Below are positions 34,301-41,435 of a stretch of 41,435 nt of DNA, in pieces. Position numbers and translations under genes: made by a program. Source of the DNA: Scenedesmus sp. PABB004. Lineage: Eukaryota. The DNA is taken from positions 1,550,001 to 1,591,435 of the forward strand of contig CM026548.1 of assembly GCA_014905635.1 (NCBI GenBank). Direction: 5' to 3'. Position 1 is the stretch's first letter. Each line of letters opens with the position of its first letter. The notes beneath the pieces were generated by a model. That model was not told where the DNA came from. It did not search any database and saw only the letters and a list, made by a program, of their open reading frames with translations.

Positions 34301-37300
34301 ACGCTGCTCCCCAGGCCTTGCGTGCCGGCCAGCAGCGGGACGACTACGCCCACGCAGCCAGCCACATCTGCGGAGCGACGGCAGGAGCCGAAATGCTGGA
34401 CGCGCGCCCGCGGCCCGCCACCGCTGCCGCCGCGTGCGCACAGCGCGCCTGCAGCCCCCCTGCCCCCCCCCCCAAAAAAAACCTGCGGCGGGGCTCTGCG
34501 CCACGTCCATGATGCGCAGGCAGGTGCCCCGCAGCGTGGCCAGCAGGCTGGCGGCGCTGGCGCGCACGCTGTCCTTGACGTCGTCGGCAGCGCGCAGCGC
34601 CATCACCCACAGCTGAAGCGAGGCAGGGGCGGCACGTCAGCGGGGGCGTGCCCTCCCGGGCTGCCGCAGCGCCCCTGCCCCGGCCGGCCGTGGCTGCTGC
34701 CGGGCCGTGCTGAGCCCCTCGCACGCCCCACCTGCTCCATGTGGGGGGCCAGCTGGGGCCAGCGCCGCCCGCTCAGCAGGTCGGTAAGGCCCGCGCAGGC
34801 GGCCTGGCGCGCGCGCCACATGCGCCCGCCGGCGTCAGCGAGCAGGGACCTGCGGCGCGCGGCGGCAGCCCCCGCGTTGGCAGGGGCGCGCTGCTGGGCG
34901 GCTGGCCACGGCGCGCCGCCCCGGGCGCAGGCGTCACGTCGTGAGGGCGTCGTAGTGCGCGTCCAGCGCGGCGCGCGGGTCGTCGACCAGGCTCGCCCAG
35001 ATGGCCGTCATGGCGTCCGCCACGCGCGGGCTGGGGTCGTGCGTGAGCCGGAACAGCTTGGGCAGCAGCGCCGCCATGCGCTCCGGCCCAAGCAGCGCCG
35101 CGAGGTTGCCGTGCTGCCCGCCGCCCGCCGTGGCGGCGAGGCGCGCAATGCGCGCGACGCCCACCGCGGCGCCGCGCTTGGCGCTGAGCGCTGACGACGC
35201 ACGCGCGAGGTCCATGAACCTGCGGGGCGCACCCGGCGGCGGGCGCAGCGGCAGCGGCAGGCGTTGTCGACCCCAAGCCCTCAGCCCCGCACGCGCCGCC
35301 GGGGCGCGGGCGCCGACCTGTAGATGAGGTCTGGCTGCCCCAGCTCGTTGGCGAGGCCGCAGAGCTCCCGGTACGTGGTCAGGCTGCCGCCGCCGGGCAC
35401 GCTGCCGAGCTGGCCCTCCTGGAAGATCTGGCTGTCCCCGACGACCTTCACGCCCGCGCTGCCGCCCGGCCCCGGTGCCGCGCTGCCCTGCAGCAGGCCC
35501 AGCAGCTGGCCCAGGAGCTGGCCCTGCAGCGCTGCTCCCCCGAGGCTGTAAACCAGCGACACGCCCCGCGCCGCCAGCTCCTGCGTGAGGTCGTTGGAGT
35601 CGCCGAGCAGGCCAGTGAAGGTGGCCTGCAGCCGTGGCAGCTGCGCCGCGAGCACCGCGCTGTGGCGGCACAGCCCGAGCAGCGTCACCAGCAGCACCGC
35701 AGCCGCGCAGCGCGCCTCCTCGCGCGGCGAGGTGGCGAGGCTGGTGAGCTCGCGCAGCAGCAGCTCCTGCGCTGCGCCGCGCGAGCTGCGCGCGTCGGCG
35801 TCGGCGGGGCCGCCCCCCGCGGCCGCGTCCAGGCCAGGCAGGGGCCCTGCCACCGCGTCAACAGCGTCGCCGAGGCTTTCGGTGCTGCTCCACAGCAGCA
35901 CCTGACTGGTGCCGGGGGGCATGTCGCCTGCCGTCGCCGCTGCCGCCTCGCCCAGGGCCAGTAGCACCTCCTCGCCGAGGCCCTTGGCACTGCACAGCTC
36001 CAGCACCCCTGCGGCAGCGTGGCGGCGCGCACCACGGCGTGGTCAAGTCGGCTGCCAGCGCTGCAGCGCACACACCTGCGCACACAGCCGCGCGCGGCAC
36101 CGCACACCGTGTGCCGCAGCCGTGTGGACGGCGCCATCGCTGCTACCTGCCGCAACGTTGCCCAGGGCAGCGACAGCCCGAAGAGCTGTGCGGCTGTCTT
36201 TGGTGCGGGCCAGGCCCAGCAGCTGCCCCAGCAGGCCACCCGGCGAGGCGACGCCGCCGCTGGCGCTGCCGGTGCTCGCGCTCGGTGCAGCCGCTCCGCC
36301 GGCGCTGTCACCGAGGAGGCCGGGGAGCTCGCCGCCGCTCAGGCTGACAAAGCCCAGCGCGGCCGCAGCACCACTCGCGAGCATGAGCACGGAGCCGCTG
36401 CTGCTGCCGCTGCCCCCTGCCGCGCTGTGGTGCGCGAGCTGCTGCTGAAGCGCCGCCACGGCTGCCTGCTGCAGCTCAGGCGCCAGAACTGGCGCGCTGC
36501 AGCTGACTGCGCGGGCGACCAGCAGGCCTGCGCGCGCGGCGTGAGCAGAGTGTGCCGCTGGTGGGGCGGCAAGGGGAGGGGGGTGCACGGGGAGGAGGAG
36601 ATGCGTGCTGCGCCCCGCAGCGCGCGCAGCGCACCAGCCGCCAGCAGGGCGCCCTCCTGCTCTTCAAGCTTGGAGCTGCTGCCGCCCTCGCCCTTGCCCG
36701 ATGCCGCGGTGGGCGGGAACGCCGCAAGCAGGCGCTCCAGCAGCGCCGCCGCCGCCGCCGGGTCCGCGGCGCTCGCGCTGATGGCCGCGAGGCGCGCCGC
36801 CGCGAGGCGCACCGGGCCGTGGGCGTGGCTCAGCCACGAGAGCACCCAGCCCTGGCGCGCCCACAGCCTGTGCAGCGACGCCCCGTGCGCAGGCGCGTCA
36901 GGGCCCACCCGCCACCGCCCCTGGCGCGCTGGGCCGCCGCCCGGCGTGCGCCGCACCTCTGCTGCAGCGCGGCCACCTCCTGCTGCCAGGCGCCCGCCGC
37001 GGCGCCAGTCAGCCAGGGCGCGGTGCCGCCGGCCAGCTCCACCAGGCCCTCCAGCGCCGCTGCCGCAGTGGCCCGCTCCGCGGCGCGGCAGGCGAGGCCC
37101 TCCAGGAGCAGCGCGTGGCCCTGCACCGAGTAGGGCGCTGCGCTGCCCTCGCCACTGTGGGCGCCACCGCCCGCCGCCGTCGCCGACGCGCGCAGGAAGG
37201 CGATGAGCTCGCGGCAGCCCGCGTCGGGCAGCGGCAGCGGCCTGCGGCGCGGTGCAGGGGCAAGGGCGTGGAGCGGCGCGGACAGGGGCTGCACGCGCGG

Positions 37301-39280
37301 CGGCTCGGCGGCGCGGCGCCGCCGCCGCACCTGCTCAGCTCGCCCGGTTGTGCGAGCGCGGGGTGCGCAGCCGCGACAAAGGCCAGCACCTCGCCGGGGG
37401 GCGGCAGGCCCAGCGCCGCCACGGCGTCGCGGTAGGCGCTGGGGCTGGGCGGCAGGTGCGGCGCGGCGCCGAGGCCGCCACGCCCCACCTCGGCGATCTC
37501 CGGCTTGGCGTCGCCCGCGGCGAGCAGGCAGACGTACCTGGAGCGAGGCGCGACCGGCGCAGGGACGGGGGGGGGGGGGGGCAGGGGGAGGTGAGCGCAG
37601 CCGCGCACACGGGCAGGGCCACGCGCGTGCGTGCGCCAGCGCCGCCCGCGCGCACAGCAGCAGCAGCCACGCGCCTGCTGGGCATGTGGCTGCGCGGAAA
37701 GAGGCGCACCGCCCACTGCGCGGCGGCCTGACGCACCGAGGACTGCGCGTCGGCGAGGCGGGGCGTCGGCCGCGCCGGCGGCGGGCTGCAGGGCGGGCGC
37801 AGCGCCACACGCGCCTGCGGCGCGGCGCACCTGGTCGCTGGTGATGTTGGCGGCGAGCAGCCGCTCCACCTCCGCCACCTGGGCCGGGTCCGACCCCCTG
37901 CCAGCAATGCCGCCAGCCACGGCGCCCGCCAGGCCGCCCAGCGCCTCCTGCAGCGCCGCCCTGCTGCCGGGCGGCTCGCGGCCGAGCGCGGCAAACAGGC
38001 GCCCGGCCAGGCGCGTGTCCGACTGCCCGGGTCGGGGGGCGGGGGGGGGGGGGGGGGAGTGAGCAGCCTGGCTGGAGCTGCACCCAAAGCGTCAGCACAC
38101 GCCCGCGCGGCGGACCCACACCTGGAACAAGTCGGGCAGGCGCTGCGTAAGCTGCGCCAGCGCTGAAAAGACGTGGCCCCGAGCGTCCAGGCCGACGCCG
38201 CCGGGCGGGCCGCCGCCGCCTGCGGCGTCAACCTGGCGGACGACAGCACGGCGTTGGGTGCTGCTGGCCAGGCCCCGATCGCCTGGCAGCCGCCTCAACC
38301 CGCGCCCGCTCCTGCAGCCGCACCTGCATGGGCTCAGCCCCGTCCTCGTCGTCCAGACCCAGCACGTGAAGCAGGCGGCCCGACAGCGGCCCCGCCATGG
38401 CGCGCAGCTGGTGCGGGTGGGCGTGCTTGAAGCACCACGACGCCCACTCGGCGCCTGCGCGCACCAGGCGCGGCGAGGGCGACGCGCCCGAAAAGCAGCT
38501 GGACAGCACGATGGCGGCCGCGGGGAAGCTGCGCGCGGCGGTCACAGACCTGCGCGCACGCGGCGGCGCAGGTGGGCGCCGCTGGCGCCGCTGGCGCCGC
38601 TGTGCCCGCTGCCGCCGCCGCTGGCGCCGCTGTGCCCGCTGCCGCCGCCGCTGGCGCCGCTGTGCCTGCTGCGCCGCGCCCACCTGACCAGCAGCCCGAT
38701 GATGCGCAGCGCCAAGGCGGGCCCAGCGGGGCTCGGAGCGGGCGCCGGCGCAGAAGGGTCCTGCGCATGGCGGCAGCAGCAGCAGCGGCGTGGGCCCCCA
38801 CCGCTGGCCCAAAGCCCCCCCCCAGCCTCTCGCCGCCCTGCCGACCTGGTCTCCCAGCAGCAGCGCCATGAGGCCCGCCACCACGGACGCGTCCTCCAGG
38901 TCCACGCTCGGCCGCGCGGCGTCGGGGTTCACCAACTGCGTAGCGCGGGGTTCAAGCGTGTGGCACGGGCCTGCGCACCCCACCGGGACGCTGCTGCTGC
39001 ATCCGCGCGCCGCCCACCTTGATCAGCAGGTCAGTGCCGCGCCTGCAAGGAACCGTGCGCGGACGGCGGATCAGCGACGGCGGCGCCGCGGCCGCGGCTG
39101 CTGCTCCGCCCTGCCGCGCCGCGCGCGCGCACGCCAGCTGCCGAGCCTCACCGTGCCACGGGCTCGTACGGGTCGCACGACGCCGCCAGCAGCACCAGCA
39201 GCAGCTCCTCGCTGCTCAGGTAACTGCTGTGCTGCGCCGCGCCGTCCACCTCCATGGCGTCGCCGCCGGCCGTGGCAGCA

Positions 39281-39312
<32 letters not shown>

Positions 39313-40581
39313 GTTGCCAGGCATGCCTACCGCTGCGCCGCCCAGCAGCGCCAGCATGCCCAGCTTCTGCGCAGTGAGCGTGGCCTGGGGCGGCACGCCC
39401 TTCTCCTCAAACGCCGCCACGTCCGCAGCCGACAGCCCCGCGGGCGGCGGCGCCGGTGCGTCCGGGGCCGCCGCCGCGCCGGCCGCGCCGCTGGGCGCAG
39501 CAGCGGCGCGCGCGGGCGCGGGGCGGTACAGCATGAGCCGCAGCGCGTGGCCCAGCAGCGCCACCCGGTCGGCGGCCGCGGGGGGCAGCAGCATTAGCGC
39601 CTCGACGCTGCCCCCGCCGCCGCTGGCCGCAGGGGCGGCGGCGGGGTCGGCAGGCACCGCCAGCGCGCTGTATGTGCCGCCGGGCGCCTGCCCCAGGTTG
39701 GCCAGCGCCGCGGTGGCCGCGCGCAGCAGCAGTGCGCGCTGCTGCGGCGCCTGCCGCGACACGCCCCTCAGCAGCACAGGCACCTGCGGCCGTGCGCGGG
39801 CGCGCAGCGCGGAGGGTCGGGCCGCCCGGCGCCGCTGCCGCGCGCCTGGCATGCGCGCGCACGCACGCGCGTCCACCCCCAGCGCGCCGCTGCTCACCGC
39901 CTCAACCTGCTCACGCGGCGCCGCGCGGGGCAGGCCCAGCTCAACGTACACCAGCCCGCACGACCGCACCAGCGGCGCCGCCGCGGGGTCCACCGCGAGC
40001 GCCGCCAGCGCCGGCAGCGGCAGGCGGCAGGCCGGCAGCGCCTTGACGCGCTTGTTGATGTGGCTCAGCAGCTCCAGCACCTGCCAGGCGGCCAGCGGTC
40101 GGGCGGGCGTCGGGCGGCGGCGGCGCGCGGCGGCCCGCGCGCTGCCTGCGCCGTGCGCCGCGCAGGCGGCGCGCCTTGGCGCGCGTCTTCGGCTGCTGCG
40201 TGTCCAGCTTCTGCAACAGCGCGGGCAGCAGCTTGGCAAGCAGCTGCGGGCAGGCGGCGGCGGCGGGTGTCGTGGGCGCAGCGCAGCGCGAGCAGCGGTT
40301 GGCCGCCAACCGCTGCTGCTGCGCTGCTGCCGCTGCTGCGGGCGCCCGGGCCCTCCTGATAGAGCCCCCGGGTCGGTATCTGAGAGCTACGAGCGGCCGC
40401 GCCTTCCATGCGCGCTGGCCGCGGCGCAGAAGGAGGCCATCAGTCGGCATGCAGCAGCCGCTGCGCGCGGCCACGCAGCCATCGCTGCCGCCCGCACCTG
40501 CTCGAGCGCGTCGTCGAGCGTCATCACCGTGCGCGTGAGGATCCGGTCAAGCGCCGCCAGCTCCTCCGCCTCCGTCGCCAT
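31370..40581 (-). CDS. ECM29: Proteasome adapter and scaffold protein ECM29 (HEAT/ARM repeat, many exons)
   Basis: Motifs recognised from plant ECM29: [68 protein letters not shown]...KRGAA, WRARQAACAGLTDLL, DDVKDSVR, LLESLSGLE...LNYVEQH, VGLSTKVGTAAFI, RLWEGKESLL. ATG at 40581; inferred stop at 31370. Confidence 0.93.
38587..38672. repeat. 30-bp minisatellite (about 3 copies) in an ECM29 intron
   Basis: gccgctggcgccgctgtgcccgctgccgcc repeated. Confidence 0.85.
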
Positions 40582-40820
40582 CGTGTGCCGCGTGCTGCGG
40601 TGCGTGCGCAGCTGCGGCGCTCCTTTGCCCTGCCCCGGCCTGGTGCCGCCACGCTGTGGCGGGCGCGCACCAGGGGAGAGAGGGGCAAAGGCTCAGTGCG
40701 CCTGGGTTATGCCGCCGACGTGACGGCCGCGGACGCGCGCGCGCGCGCGCGCAACCGGGACGGCGCGGGCGCGCCTCGCCGGCCTGCGCGCGCCGGGTGC
40801 AGCGGGAGTGGCCGCGCCGG

Positions 40821-41220
40821 GACGCTTCAGGCGGGCGCGTGCAGCCCGCGCGCCCGGCCACCGCCGACCGGGTTCGTGTTCACCGGAGTCACTCGCGGGT
40901 TCATGCTCCCACCACGTCCACGCGTCGCTCCGCCGCCCCCGCCGCCACACCGCCGATCCCTAGCGGCACGCCGGTTGACCCTGCGGCCTCGGCGCGCGCC
41001 CGGCCCCCGCGCGCGCGGCGCGTACTTGCACTGGCCGTGCGGCATCGCGCCGGACCCCGTTCATGGAGTACTGGGCGGCTTAGGATGCGCTGCGGGATGG
41101 GGGCGGCTCGGAGGGCGAGGGCAGCGACGCGGCGATGGCGCCCAGCTGCGGCGGGAGCAGCCCGGGCATCGGCATCACCGCCGAGTTCAACTCCAAGCTC
41201 AACAAGCGCGTGTACAAAGT
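40821..41220 (+). pseudogene. Inverted, truncated copy of the upstream region and most of exon 1 of the AP2-domain gene
   Basis: Matches 31003-30604. ATG at 41063; codon 7 GAG is changed to TAG at 41081-41083 (MEYWAA*). Homology ends at ...KRVYKV, 4 nt before the telomeric repeats. Confidence 0.92.
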
Positions 41221-41224
41221 CGGC

Positions 41225-41435
41225 TTAGGTTTTAGGGTTTAGGTATTAGGTATTAGGTTTTAGGGTTTAGGGTTTAAGGGTTTAGGTTTAGGGTTTAGGG
41301 TTTAGGGTTTAGGGTTTAGGGTTTAGGGTTTAGGGTTTAGGTTTTAGGGTTTAGGTTTTAGGGTTTAGGGTTTAGGGTTTAGGGTTTAGGGTTTAGGGTT
41401 TAGGGTTTAGGGTTTAGGGTTTAGGGTTTAGGGTT
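41225..41435 (+). repeat. Telomere, (TTTAGGG)n with degenerate proximal units
   Basis: Tandem TTTAGGG with the G-rich strand running to the window end; proximal variants include TTAGG, TATTAGG, TTTTAGGG and TTTAAGGG. Confidence 0.98.

Noticed and set aside
27391..38672. Short tandem repeats (15-mer, 30-mer, and the 24-mer at 2013-2060) as CRISPR-like arrays
   Set aside because: No unique spacers, no cas genes, and a eukaryotic context; slippage-type repeats explain them.
41081..41083. TAG as a reassigned sense codon
   Set aside because: It is a single substitution in a truncated copy; no in-frame TAG was needed in the exons of the intact genes that I translated.
30604..41220. Inverted repeats as terminal inverted repeats of a DNA transposon
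   Set aside because: The arms are AP2 gene upstream and exon sequence, the interior is ECM29, and no transposase or target-site duplication is visible.
1..41228. Hundreds of long overlapping Arg/Ala/Pro/Gly-rich ORFs in the six-frame track (e.g. 3921-6194, 9392-10525, 27974-29155)
   Set aside because: Expected from the scarcity of stop codons at very high GC. They are antisense or off-frame shadows of spliced genes, or non-coding DNA, with no recognisable domains.

Overview
Very GC-rich, intron-rich eukaryotic DNA that ends in a (TTTAGGG)n telomere, so this is a chromosome end. A chlorophyte green alga is inferred from the telomere type, TGTAA poly(A) signals and GC content. Bases 1-26.7 kb hold a tandem cluster of five paralogous multi-exon genes for secreted cysteine-rich repeat proteins (signal peptide, RxLLQ motif, ephrin-receptor-like/GCC2-GCC3-type CxxC repeats, C-terminal PAN/apple-like domains). 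Four are on the minus strand and one is divergent on the plus strand. They show patchy near-identical segments consistent with gene conversion or mosaicism. Distal to them lie a duplicated 3' fragment of ECM29, a divergent AP2-domain gene, a full-length ECM29 gene, and a 400-bp inverted copy of the AP2 gene's 5' end that carries a nonsense mutation and is joined to the telomere. Most long ORFs in the supplied track are GC-content artefacts. Gene models were spliced by eye, so boundaries are approximate.
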